NCBI GenBank assembly: GCA_029211065.1
Contig: JARGFK010000003.1
Coordinates: forward strand, 29,111 to 93,110
From: Desulfobacterales bacterium
GTDB lineage: Bacteria; Desulfobacterota; Desulfobacteria; Desulfobacterales; JARGFK01
Direction of reading: 5' to 3'
DNA: 64,000 nt
Shown: positions 10,162-18,990 of the stretch, piece after piece
How the letters are laid out: the number at the start of each line of letters is the position of its first letter
Numbering within the stretch: the first letter of the stretch is position 1
Position numbers and translations under genes: made by a program
The notes under the pieces: model-generated
The model's input: the letters and a program-made list of their open reading frames with translations, nothing else
Databases searched by the model: none
Told to the model about the DNA's origin: nothing

Positions 10162-11265
10162 ATGAGCCTGGATCGGTTTAAAGTTCCAAAGGAAGAAGAA
10201 GTAAGGGTGTCTGAAGCGGCGTTGCGACGGGTGGTGACATCGATTTTTGAAAAACTGAGAGTCTCTTCGTCCGATGCAACCGAAGCTGCGGAAGCCCTTG
10301 TGACGAGCGATTTGCGCGGGGTGGAATCGCACGGCGTTTCCAATATGTTCCGGATCTATGTCAAAGACTATCAGGAAGGCCGGCTGAATTCAGCACCCGG
10401 CTGGAAAGTGCTGCGGGAAACAGCCGCAATCGCCGTGATCGATGCCGAACGCCGCCTGGGCATCATCATGGGGCCCAGGGCCATGCGTCTGGCTGTGGAG
10501 AAAGCAAAGCGCGTCGGGGTCGGCGTGGTTACGGTCCGAAACAGCGGACATTTCGGCGCCATCGGTCACCATGCCATGATTGCCGCAGAGCAGGACATGG
10601 TGGGTGTTTGCACGGCGGGGGCCGGCACACCCAAGGTGAGCGTGGTGCCGACCTTTTCGGCCGAACCGTTGTTCGGCACCAATCCCATTGCTGTTGCCGC
10701 CCCGGCCCAAAAGGAGGCGCCGTTTCTTTTTGATGTGGCCACATCGGCAATCGCCGGAAATAAGATCCGGCTGGCGGTCAGGACCGGCGCACCCTTGCTG
10801 CCGGGGTGGGTTGCGGACAAACAGGGAAATCTCCTTACGGAAGAGACGCCGGTTCAAGATCGCCATCAGTTCCACCTGCTGCCGTTGGGGGGGACCCGGG
10901 AGCAGGGGTCGCACAAAGGGTACGGGTTAATGATGACGGCGGAGATCCTTGCCTCGTTGCTGTCCGGAGGACTCCCGAACATGCTGGACGACAGCGCCGG
11001 TTCCAAGGCCCATTTCGCGGCATATGATATATCCGCTTTTACGGATCTCGAGGGTTTTAAAAGAGACATGGACCGGATGCTTCAAAAACTGCAAAATGCG
11101 AAACCGGTTGCAGGCCAGGAGCGCGTTCTATACCCCGGACTTCCCGAACACGAAGCGATTCAGGAGCGCCGCAGCCAGGGTATTCCGCTTCATAAGGAAG
11201 TGATCCGGTGGTTTGAGAATATCACCAAAGAATTGAATATCCCGGGGCTTGAAATCTTGCCATAA
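10162..11265 (+). CDS. Ldh_2 family (malate/L-lactate/sulfolactate dehydrogenase-type) oxidoreductase
   Basis: GVESHGVS, NSGHFGAIGHH, FGTNPIAVAAP and GSHKGYGL motifs. Confidence 0.85.
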   Translation: MSLDRFKVPKEEEVRVSEAALRRVVTSIFEKLRVSSSDATEAAEALVTSDLRGVESHGVSNMFRIYVKDYQEGRLNSAPGWKVLRETAAIAVIDAERRLGIIMGPRAMRLAVEKAKRVGVGVVTVRNSGHFGAIGHHAMIAAEQDMVGVCTAGAGTPKVSVVPTFSAEPLFGTNPIAVAAPAQKEAPFLFDVATSAIAGNKIRLAVRTGAPLLPGWVADKQGNLLTEETPVQDRHQFHLLPLGGTREQGSHKGYGLMMTAEILASLLSGGLPNMLDDSAGSKAHFAAYDISAFTDLEGFKRDMDRMLQKLQNAKPVAGQERVLYPGLPEHEAIQERRSQGIPLHKEVIRWFENITKELNIPGLEILP

Positions 11266-11552
11266 GTCAGACATATCGATGGATTTTCAGCAGACCGATA
11301 TCTTTAGGGGTTGGAATGATATCTGGAATTCAGGACTTCCTTGAATGACAAATCGACGTCGTCCCATGAAGGACATTGATTTGGATCCGGAATCATCAAT
11401 CCAAAACCTTGGATACGTGATAGAGGTCACAGACGCAACCAAACCTGTGATATGAGAATAAAATTTCGTGCAGGGGAATCATAGAGGGTACCCCTCTCAT
11501 TGGCGGTGTTTGTTATATCTGCTTTTTATGGGTTTATGGGCAGCAATAAGAA

Positions 11553-12581
11553 TCAGGGGGTCAATACGATCTTGCCGAACTGGTCACCCTTTTCCAGCAT
11601 TCCGTAGGCCTTGACGCCTTCACTCAGGGGCATCACCCGGTCGATGACCGGTTTGAGTCTGCCGGACCACAGCAGGGCGGTGATGTCCCTGAAATCCTGG
11701 TGGGTGCCCATGGTGCTGCCGATGATGCGGATCTGTTTGGTGAAAATAAAGCGAATGTCGATCTGGGCCTCCGCACCGCTGGTATTGCCGACAATGACGA
11801 TGCGGCCGTTGCGGGCAACTGCCTGCATGCTGATGCCCAAAGTCGCCTTGCCCACATTGTCCACAACAACGTCGACCCCGCGTTTTTCGGTGAGTTTATA
11901 AATTTCCTTGCCCCAGTTGACCTGGGAGCGGTCCAGAACCGCATCCGCTCCCAGCTCCAGGGCGCGCTCTCCTTTCGCCTTGTTTCCGGCCACCACAAAT
12001 ACGGTGGCACCGGCCAGTTTGGCAATTTGAATGGCCATACTGTTTACGCCGCCGCCGGCGCCGACGATGAGAACCGATTCCCCGGCGCGTAATTTTGCGC
12101 GGTGAACCAGCATGCGCCAGGCGGTGAGGGTAACCAGCAGGGGGGCCGCTGCCTCGGGAAACGGAATCCTGTCAGAGAGGGAGACCAGATTGCCGGCCGG
12201 CACCGCCACATATTCGGCTGCGCCGCCGCGCACATGTTCCCCCAGAATCTGATAGCCGGGACTGATGGAATCTTCGCCGCGGCGGGTAAAGTCGTCTTCC
12301 ATCGTGGTAATGCCGGGATCCACGATAACCCGTTGGCCTTCTTTCCAGCCGGAAACATCTTTACCAACAGCAGCCACCTCGCCGGCCACATCGGCACCGC
12401 ACCAGTGGGGCATCTCCAGATTAAGGCCGGGCCAGCCGCGGCGCACCCAGATGTCCAGGTGGTTGAGGGCGCAGGCTTGCACCCGAACGAGCACCTGGCC
12501 AGGAGCCGGTTGCGGGTCGGGGACATCGCCGTATTGGATGACGTCGAGCTTGCCGTGCTTTTCAAAATAGAGCGCTTTCAT
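11553..12581 (-). CDS. Zinc-type alcohol dehydrogenase / quinone oxidoreductase (MDR superfamily)
   Basis: MKALYFEKHG..., the GADVAGEV segment and Rossmann motif LIVGAGGGVNSMAIQIAK. Confidence 0.85.
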   Translation of the reverse strand: MKALYFEKHGKLDVIQYGDVPDPQPAPGQVLVRVQACALNHLDIWVRRGWPGLNLEMPHWCGADVAGEVAAVGKDVSGWKEGQRVIVDPGITTMEDDFTRRGEDSISPGYQILGEHVRGGAAEYVAVPAGNLVSLSDRIPFPEAAAPLLVTLTAWRMLVHRAKLRAGESVLIVGAGGGVNSMAIQIAKLAGATVFVVAGNKAKGERALELGADAVLDRSQVNWGKEIYKLTEKRGVDVVVDNVGKATLGISMQAVARNGRIVIVGNTSGAEAQIDIRFIFTKQIRIIGSTMGTHQDFRDITALLWSGRLKPVIDRVMPLSEGVKAYGMLEKGDQFGKIVLTP

Positions 12582-12826
12582 ATTCTCCCCCTTATGTTCC
12601 TGATTATTTCGGTGGACAGGAGCGGTTGTTATTTAAAGTCATATCACGAGCGCCAATGCGGATCAATTGCCATGAAAAACTCATTATGTTGTTCGGCAGG
12701 ATCAACTGATATTGCTTGATTTTTGTTACGAAGGGGTGTTTATATAAATATATTGGTACCTTTGCGGATGCTCCTTTTTCCCTTTCATGTATACTTCATG
12801 AAATAACGCTTAAAGCCGGTGAATCA

Positions 12827-13147
12827 ATGATGCCGAAAAACATGTTGCGAAATATTCCGGATGTTTTGCCCGAGGAACTGGTTGAAGTGCTTCAAACGGG
12901 CAATGGTGTTAAAATTGAACGGATTGTGTCAAGGGGACACGCTTCGCCCAAAGGGTTCTGGTATGACCAGGAACGTCATGAATGGGTTCTGGTTCTGAAA
13001 GGCAGCGCCGGTATTTTGTGGGAAGGCCAACCAGATCCGATTGTCTTAGGGAAGGGGGATTATCTGAATATACCGGCGCATACGCGACACCGGGTCGAAT
13101 GGACCGATTCCAAGCAGGAGACGGTATGGCTGGCGATTTATTATTAA
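12827..13147 (+). CDS. Cupin domain protein
   Basis: ERIVSRGHASP..WYDQ..HEWVLVLKGSA...GDYLNIPAHTRHRVEW. ATG at 12827; the track ORF starts earlier. Confidence 0.7.
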   Translation: MMPKNMLRNIPDVLPEELVEVLQTGNGVKIERIVSRGHASPKGFWYDQERHEWVLVLKGSAGILWEGQPDPIVLGKGDYLNIPAHTRHRVEWTDSKQETVWLAIYY

Positions 13148-13181
13148 ACCGAACGGACATGAAAATGAAAGGCGAATAGAG

Positions 13182-13514
13182 ATGAATTTTTTTGTCAAGC
13201 TGCTGATCAGCAATGCCGTCATTATTTTATGTACCCAGATCGGCAAGCGCTTTCCCTCGCTGGGGGGATTGATTGCCACCATGCCGCTGACCGGCCTGAT
13301 TGTACTCATATGGCTCTTCACCGACAACCCGGAAGATTACGGCCTTATGAAAAACTATACCCGGGGAGCTGTGTGGGGGACGCTGCCCAGCATCCTGTTT
13401 TTTGCGGTGGCGCTCCTTTGTTTCAGCAGGCAATTGCCACTGGCGACGGTGCTTACAGCCAGTTTCGGCGTCTGGCTGACCGGCGCTGCGGTCCACCAGT
13501 TGTTTTTGAGATAA
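13182..13514 (+). CDS. Small membrane protein (DUF3147-like)
   Basis: 110 aa with four hydrophobic segments. The family name is from memory. Confidence 0.55.
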   Translation: MNFFVKLLISNAVIILCTQIGKRFPSLGGLIATMPLTGLIVLIWLFTDNPEDYGLMKNYTRGAVWGTLPSILFFAVALLCFSRQLPLATVLTASFGVWLTGAAVHQLFLR

Positions 13515-13567
13515 CCCAAGGCCCGGAAGCCTCGGGCGGCGTCGTAGAAGGATAAGACTCCGCAAGT

Positions 13568-13945
13568 TTGAGGGATCAGATGCTATTTTACCGGATCATG
13601 GCCGACGGGATTTTGCTGATTCACTTTGCGTTTGTGCTGTTCGTGGTGGCAGGCGGGATACTGGCATATTACCGCCCAAGACTGGCGCTGGTTCACCTGC
13701 CGTGTGTGGCCTGGGGGGCCCTGGTAGAGTTTTACGGGTGGATATGTCCGCTGACGCCCCTGGAGAATTACCTGAGACATCAGGGCGCTGCAGGCGGTTA
13801 TGATGAAAGTTTTTTGGCGCATTATCTCATCTCGGTTCTCTATCTCCAGGGGCTGACGCCGAGGATTCAGGTTGCGCTGGGGGTGATTGTTATGGGAATC
13901 AATGCGCTGCTTTACGGATGGGTGTTATACCGGCTAAAAAAATAA
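13568..13945 (+). CDS. Small membrane protein (DUF2784-like)
   Basis: 125 aa. ..HLPCVAWGALVEFYGWICPLTPLENYLR is typical of that family as I remember it. Confidence 0.55.
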   Translation: MRDQMLFYRIMADGILLIHFAFVLFVVAGGILAYYRPRLALVHLPCVAWGALVEFYGWICPLTPLENYLRHQGAAGGYDESFLAHYLISVLYLQGLTPRIQVALGVIVMGINALLYGWVLYRLKK

Positions 13946-13963
13946 AAAGAGGAGAAGACGACC

Positions 13964-14731
13964 ATGCAAGCTTTTGAGATCTATGCCTTGAAATATGCAG
14001 GCCCATTTACCAGTTCGGGGGCATTTCTGATGTGGATGAAGGACTGGGACCGGACGGAAGAACGAAATTGTTATTTGTGGTGCATCAAAGGGCCGGAAAC
14101 GACGGTGGTTGTTGATGCCGGCGTTCCCCCGCAGCTGGCCGCATCAAAGAAAATGAACGGCTATACCAATCCGGAAGAAATGCTCGACCGGATCGGCGTT
14201 AAGGCTGAAACCGTCCGGCATGTTATCCTGACCCATATCCATTGGGATCATGCTGCCGGGGTAAGCCTGTTTCCGCAGGCAAAAATTTATCTGCAGGAAA
14301 AAGAATATCGTTTCTGGATTAAAGACAAAATAGCGACTCGGCCGGCATTCAGGTTTTACACCGATGATGCCGCCAATTTGCATTTGGCGTCTCTTGAAAA
14401 AACGGAACGGCTGGTTCTTCTGGATGGAGACCGGGAGATCCTGCCGGGGATGGAATGCCTATTGGCGCCGGGTCATAGCGTGGCGTTGCAGGCGGTGGCG
14501 GTGAATACGTCGAAGGGGACGGCCGTGCTCGGTTCGGACAGCGCCCATGTTTTTAGAAATTTTAAGGAGGATTGGCCCAGCGCATTGATCATCGACCTGG
14601 TGGGATGGATGCAAACCTACGATAAACTGCGGGCCAGGGCGGCTTCAGCCGATCTGCTCTTTCCCGGTCATGACCCCCTGATGACCCGGAATTATCCCCT
14701 GGTGGCGGAGGGGGTGACCCGTCTGGTGTAA
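13964..14731 (+). CDS. MBL-fold metallo-hydrolase (N-acyl-homoserine-lactonase-like)
   Basis: ILTHIHWDHAAG (HxHxDH), GHS and GHD motifs. Confidence 0.8.
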   Translation: MQAFEIYALKYAGPFTSSGAFLMWMKDWDRTEERNCYLWCIKGPETTVVVDAGVPPQLAASKKMNGYTNPEEMLDRIGVKAETVRHVILTHIHWDHAAGVSLFPQAKIYLQEKEYRFWIKDKIATRPAFRFYTDDAANLHLASLEKTERLVLLDGDREILPGMECLLAPGHSVALQAVAVNTSKGTAVLGSDSAHVFRNFKEDWPSALIIDLVGWMQTYDKLRARAASADLLFPGHDPLMTRNYPLVAEGVTRLV

Positions 14732-14880
14732 GGCTTCGATACCGGCGGTTCCTTGACATTGCGGAAACCGGCGGATTTAAAATTTGTATTCTGTTGGGAA
14801 TTTTGCTAATTGAACCAGGAGATGATGCAAGGAAGCGATTAAACCGGTGTCAAGGAAAGTCCATTAAAAGGAGGCGTTAT

Positions 14881-15411
14881 ATGTTGATTTCATTGTTGCA
14901 AAAGAGAAGAAGCATCCGAAAATTTCAAGATAAAAAAGTGGAGCCTGAGAAGATTGAAACATTGATCGAAGCGGCGCTAAGGTCGCCTTCGGGCGGAGCA
15001 AAAAATCCTTGGGAATTTGTGGTGGTTACCGACAAGGAGATCCTGGAAAAACTCTCGACGGCAAAAGAGCATGGTTCCGCTCTTATAAAAGGCGCATCTC
15101 TGGGAATTGTTATCTGCGCGGACCCCGGCAAGCAGGACATCTGGATTGAGGATGCCGCCATTGCTTCTACCATTATTCATTTGACGGCAGCCTCTCTGGA
15201 GCTGGGAAGCTGCTGGATTCAGATTCGAGAAAGAATGCACAAGGGAAATGAGCCGGCCGAGTCTTATATTACGGAACTCCTGGGGCTGCCGAAAAATTTG
15301 AAAGTGCTTTCCATGGTGGCCATCGGCTACCCTGCTGAAGAAAAACCGGGGCACGGGAAAGAAGAACTGCTGTATGATAGAATCCACCGCAATCGTTATG
15401 GAAAAAAATAG
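14881..15411 (+). CDS. Nitroreductase family protein
   Basis: LLQKRRSIRKFQDK.., SPSGGAKNPWEFVVV and the C-terminal IGYPAEE motif. Confidence 0.8.
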   Translation: MLISLLQKRRSIRKFQDKKVEPEKIETLIEAALRSPSGGAKNPWEFVVVTDKEILEKLSTAKEHGSALIKGASLGIVICADPGKQDIWIEDAAIASTIIHLTAASLELGSCWIQIRERMHKGNEPAESYITELLGLPKNLKVLSMVAIGYPAEEKPGHGKEELLYDRIHRNRYGKK

Positions 15412-15618
15412 CATGGAACAATCTTTCCGGATGAAACCGGCCGGCCGATCCTGCATATGCATATGGCCTGCGGCCGAAAAGGAAAAACCGTTACCGGCTG
15501 CGTCCGGTCGGGTGTTAAAACCTGGCAGGTGATGGAAGTCATCCTGCTGGAGCTGGTTGACACCCGGGGGGTTCGTTTGCCGGATCCGGTCACGGGGTTT
15601 AAGCTGCTGGCGCCTTAG
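15412..15618 (+). pseudogene. Possible C-terminal remnant of a PPC (DUF296) domain gene. It lies in frame directly behind the nitroreductase TAG stop.
   Basis: My own translation gives HGTIFPDETGRPILHMHMACGRKGKTVTGCVRSGVKTWQVMEVILLELVDTRGVRLPDPVTGFKLLAP*. It follows the C-terminal PPC pattern (P.LH.H...G....G......E..I.E....R..D..TG..L). About 70 N-terminal residues are missing. Confidence 0.3.
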
Positions 15619-15688
15619 TGTATGAGAACACAAATACGATGACATTGTAATTCGTCAGATAACTCCGGTGAATAAAAACCCCTCCCGG

Positions 15689-15750
15689 CCTCCCTTTGTG
15701 AAAGGGAGGAGAATAATTGCCCCCTTTATTAAAGGGGGTTTGGGGGATTT
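15689..15750. repeat. Pair of REP-like GC hairpins
   Basis: CCTCCCTTTgtgAAAGGGAGG (15689-15709) and CCCCCTTTATTAAAGGGGG (15720-15738), followed by TTTGGGGGATTTTTT. Confidence 0.7.
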
Positions 15751-15854
15751 TTTCATAGGAATTCGTTAGAATTCATTATACTGAATTCGTCATCGTACTA
15801 ATGAAGTTGTGTGCTTGGCTCGCAACCATTCGCATAAACCGGGGGTTTTCTTCC

Positions 15855-17477
15855 ATGCCCAACTATCCCCTCCTATTCAAGCCTTTTGATATTCCGCCGC
15901 TGCGACTTAAAAACAGGATTACCACGGCCCCGCTGTTTACGATGTACGCCCAACGGGACGGCAGTGTCGGCGAATTGATCCTGGAACATTACAGCGAACT
16001 GGCCAAAGGCGGTGTTGCCATGGTGGTGGTGGGCAATGTGGCTGTTGACCCCGGCGGGCTATTGGCCCGGCATTCGCTGCGGGCCGACAGCGACCGGTTT
16101 ATCTCCGGATTATCGCGACTGGCCGAAACCATAAAGAAAGAAAATGTTGCGGCGGTGCTCCAGATCAATCACGGTGGTCGGTTCGCCCGCGGTGACAGAC
16201 TGTTAGCGCCGTCGGCGGTTGCGTTGAGCGATATCAGCCTTGGCGGCATATACCGCTCAGCTTTGAAGTCGCTGGATTTCCAACAGCAGTGGTCGATTGT
16301 TTCGGAATTGATCCAACATCGTCCGGAACGGATACGGGTGATGACGAAGTCCGATATCCGCCGTATCATGACCGCGTATGTCGGCGCAGCGGTTCGGGCC
16401 CAAAAAGCCGGTTTCGATATGGTGGAAATACATGGCGGCACGGGTTATCTGCCGGTTCAGTTTCTGTCCCCCAGAACGAATAAACGTATGGATCGATACG
16501 GCGGAGATTTGGAAAACCGGATGCGTTTTCCGCTGGAACTTGTCCGGGCGGTCAAGGATGCCGTCGGGTCTGCCTTTCCCGTGGGCTACCGATTCCAGGC
16601 GGACGAATGGCTTCCAAACGGGTTCGGACTCGACGAAGCCAAAATTTTTGCCCAAAGGCTTTCCGAATTGCCGGCGGCTTATCTTTCCGTGACCGGCGGC
16701 ACCTACGAATCCTTTGCCGACAAAGAAATAATGGAAAAATCCCACCAGCCGTGCTACATGGTACACTTGGCCCGGGCGATCAAACAATGTGTTGCGGTCC
16801 CGGTCATTGCCAGCGGCCGCATCGTAACACCGGATCTGGCAGAGACGGTTTTGCGCGAAGATAAAGCGGATCTGATCGGGCTGGCCCGGCCCCTGTTTGC
16901 CGATCCGCTCTGGCCGCTTAAGGCAAAAGCGGGGCAGCCGGAGGCAATCAACGCGTGCAGCGACTGCGGGACGTGCTTTCAGTTTTTAGTTCTAAATCAG
17001 CCGGTTCGCTGCGCCCAGTGGGAAAAAGATAAGCGGATCCATAGGCAGCGTATGATCAGAAATACCCTCAAGCCCCCCCAAAAAATACTCATTGCCCTGG
17101 ACGGATCGGATAATTCCGCCATGGGCGCGGTATATGCCGGCGATATGCTGGCGGGGCGCAGCGATGTGTTGATAACCCTGCTGCATATCCGAACCGAAGA
17201 GTCGGACCGGAACGAACAAGAGGTCCGAAAGATAATGGAAATCTCCCGGGCCGTCCTGATAAAGGCCGGCATTCCCGCGGAAGCGATTTCGGTTCAGTTC
17301 CGCGATAAAAGAACGGGTATCGCCCGGGATGTCTTGGATGAAATCGAAGCAGGGGACTATGGGACCGTTATCGTCGGGCGGCGGGGCCTTTCCCGCGCAA
17401 AGCAGTTCCTTTTCGGAAGCGTGTCGAACAAGATCGTGCACAATACCAGGGACTGCACCGTCTGGGTGGTCGACTGA
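15855..17477 (+). CDS. Old-yellow-enzyme-family NADH:flavin oxidoreductase (2,4-dienoyl-CoA-reductase-like N-terminal part plus Cys cluster) fused to a C-terminal universal stress protein (USP) domain
   Basis: OYE part: PFDIPPLRLKNRITTAPL.., LQINHGGR, VEIHGGTGYLPVQFLSP..N.R.D.YGG. Then CSDCGTC. Last ~140 aa: KILIALDGSDNS...GTVIVGRRG...FGSVSNKIVHNT.CTVWVV is a USP domain. Confidence 0.8.
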   Translation: MPNYPLLFKPFDIPPLRLKNRITTAPLFTMYAQRDGSVGELILEHYSELAKGGVAMVVVGNVAVDPGGLLARHSLRADSDRFISGLSRLAETIKKENVAAVLQINHGGRFARGDRLLAPSAVALSDISLGGIYRSALKSLDFQQQWSIVSELIQHRPERIRVMTKSDIRRIMTAYVGAAVRAQKAGFDMVEIHGGTGYLPVQFLSPRTNKRMDRYGGDLENRMRFPLELVRAVKDAVGSAFPVGYRFQADEWLPNGFGLDEAKIFAQRLSELPAAYLSVTGGTYESFADKEIMEKSHQPCYMVHLARAIKQCVAVPVIASGRIVTPDLAETVLREDKADLIGLARPLFADPLWPLKAKAGQPEAINACSDCGTCFQFLVLNQPVRCAQWEKDKRIHRQRMIRNTLKPPQKILIALDGSDNSAMGAVYAGDMLAGRSDVLITLLHIRTEESDRNEQEVRKIMEISRAVLIKAGIPAEAISVQFRDKRTGIARDVLDEIEAGDYGTVIVGRRGLSRAKQFLFGSVSNKIVHNTRDCTVWVVD

Positions 17478-17572
17478 TCCGGATTTGCCGAACATTTTGA
17501 TTGAAATGGGACTGCCCCGGAGCTGAATAGGAACAGAACGGTTCATACAAGCCAACGTAAAAAGGAGACCCC

Positions 17573-18604
17573 ATGAAATTCAGCGCCAGTAAAAAAGAAA
17601 CCGTCATCATCGACCCCGGCGAGGGGAAAAAACGACGGGCCATACCGAGTGAAATCAGAAAAGACCCTTTAACCGGTAGAAGTTCACGGATTTGTCACTT
17701 CATGAAACTGCAGTGGCAAAAACCGGATTTTGAGGCCCTGGTGGCAGGGACCGAAAAGACGTGCCCGTTCTGTCCGGACAAGGTCATGAAAATAACGCCA
17801 AGCTTTCCTCCGGAAATTCTTCCGGAAGGCCGTCTGGTTTCTGAAGACATGATCCTTTTTCCGAATATCGCGCCTTATGACAGCCTGGGTGCGGTGGCAA
17901 CCTTCAGCAGCCGCCATTTCATTCCCATGACGGAAATAGAACCAGAGCGCATTGCCAAAGCCTTCGGACTGGCCATGCAGTTTTTCCGGACCGTGCACCA
18001 GGCCGGCCATCCCGAATCGGTCTATCATTTAATTAACTGGAACTATATGCCGGCCTCGGGCAGTTCCCTGATTCATCCGCACCTCCAGGTGTTCGCCACC
18101 TCGTTTGCGCCGAATCTGATGCGTGAGGAGCTGACGGCGGCAAAAGCCTATCTGAAAACCAATGGGAGCAACTACTGGGACGATCTTGTTGAATTTGAAA
18201 AAAAAGAAGAGAAGCGATACCTGGGGAAGATCGGGCGGACAACTTGGTTCGGCGCCTATGCCCCCATGGGGGTTGCCGGCGACATCCTGGCGGTGACAGA
18301 GGGCGTGCGGTCTACGCTGGAGCTTACAGATGGGGATCTTGCAGATATTGCCGCGGGATTAACCCGGGCAATGGCGGCCTATGACAACATGGGAATTTAC
18401 AGTTTTAATATGAATTTTTTTACCGGTGCGCCAGGGGATCATCATGCCCGCTTTCATCTGCTCTTTTCGCCGCGCACCTTTTTTAACCAGGCTCTGGGCA
18501 CGCCGGACGTCGGCGCCCTGCGAAACCTCTACAACGAGACCCTTTGCATGGCGTTTCCGGAAGAGATTACCACGATGCTGAAACCCTATTTTATTCCGGG
18601 GTAG
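17573..18604 (+). CDS. Galactose-1-phosphate uridylyltransferase-like (GalT / HIT superfamily) nucleotidyltransferase
   Basis: CPFCP zinc motif near the N-terminus and the SSLIHPHLQV (HxHxQ) catalytic motif. Confidence 0.65.
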   Translation: MKFSASKKETVIIDPGEGKKRRAIPSEIRKDPLTGRSSRICHFMKLQWQKPDFEALVAGTEKTCPFCPDKVMKITPSFPPEILPEGRLVSEDMILFPNIAPYDSLGAVATFSSRHFIPMTEIEPERIAKAFGLAMQFFRTVHQAGHPESVYHLINWNYMPASGSSLIHPHLQVFATSFAPNLMREELTAAKAYLKTNGSNYWDDLVEFEKKEEKRYLGKIGRTTWFGAYAPMGVAGDILAVTEGVRSTLELTDGDLADIAAGLTRAMAAYDNMGIYSFNMNFFTGAPGDHHARFHLLFSPRTFFNQALGTPDVGALRNLYNETLCMAFPEEITTMLKPYFIPG

Positions 18605-18672
18605 CATACCGGTTCCTGTTGTCCAGATCAAAAGTCAACCGGCTGTGCAGCGGATAATAGCACTAAAAATTC

Positions 18673-18771
18673 AAATCCCAAAAGCCAAATTACAATTAAA
18701 TTCCAATATTCAATGACCCAAACCTCCCTGCAAGAATGTTTGGGTTTTTGAATTTTGGTCATTGGGATTTA
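18673..18771. repeat. Imperfect long inverted repeat (AT-rich CCCAAA/TTTGGG-type extragenic palindrome)
   Basis: AAATCCCA...CAATGAC CCAAAC (to 18722) pairs with GTTTGGG ...GTCATTG GGATTT (18739-18771). Confidence 0.6.
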
Positions 18772-18819
18772 TTTGATAGTTGAGATTTGATGATCTTGTA
18801 AAAAGCCGAAAATGCGCCT

Positions 18820-18892
18820 CTTTCGTCATTCCCACGAAGGCGGGAATCCAATAATTTCAGACGGTTCTGGATGCCGGATCAAGTCCGGCGTG
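18820..18892. repeat. REP-like element with two short hairpins
   Basis: TCATTCCCacgaaggcGGGAATCC and GCCGGAtcaagTCCGGC. I recall this motif pair as recurrent in intergenic DNA of anaerobic Desulfobacterota. Confidence 0.5.
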
Positions 18893-18990
18893 ACAATTGG
18901 AGTACTTTTTACGAGTTCATCAGATTGGATGTTTGGATTTTGTCTGGCAAATGAAATTCTATCCGAGCAAATGCTTTAGTTGTCGGATAC

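Noticed and set aside
12102-12719. 205-aa plus-strand ORF, plus other alternative frames at 11611-12570
   Set aside because: All overlap the well-supported MDR dehydrogenase gene and are low-complexity Gly/Ala/Arg frames.
14977-15645. 222-aa minus-strand ORF
   Set aside because: Shadow frame opposite the nitroreductase gene and the PPC-like remnant.
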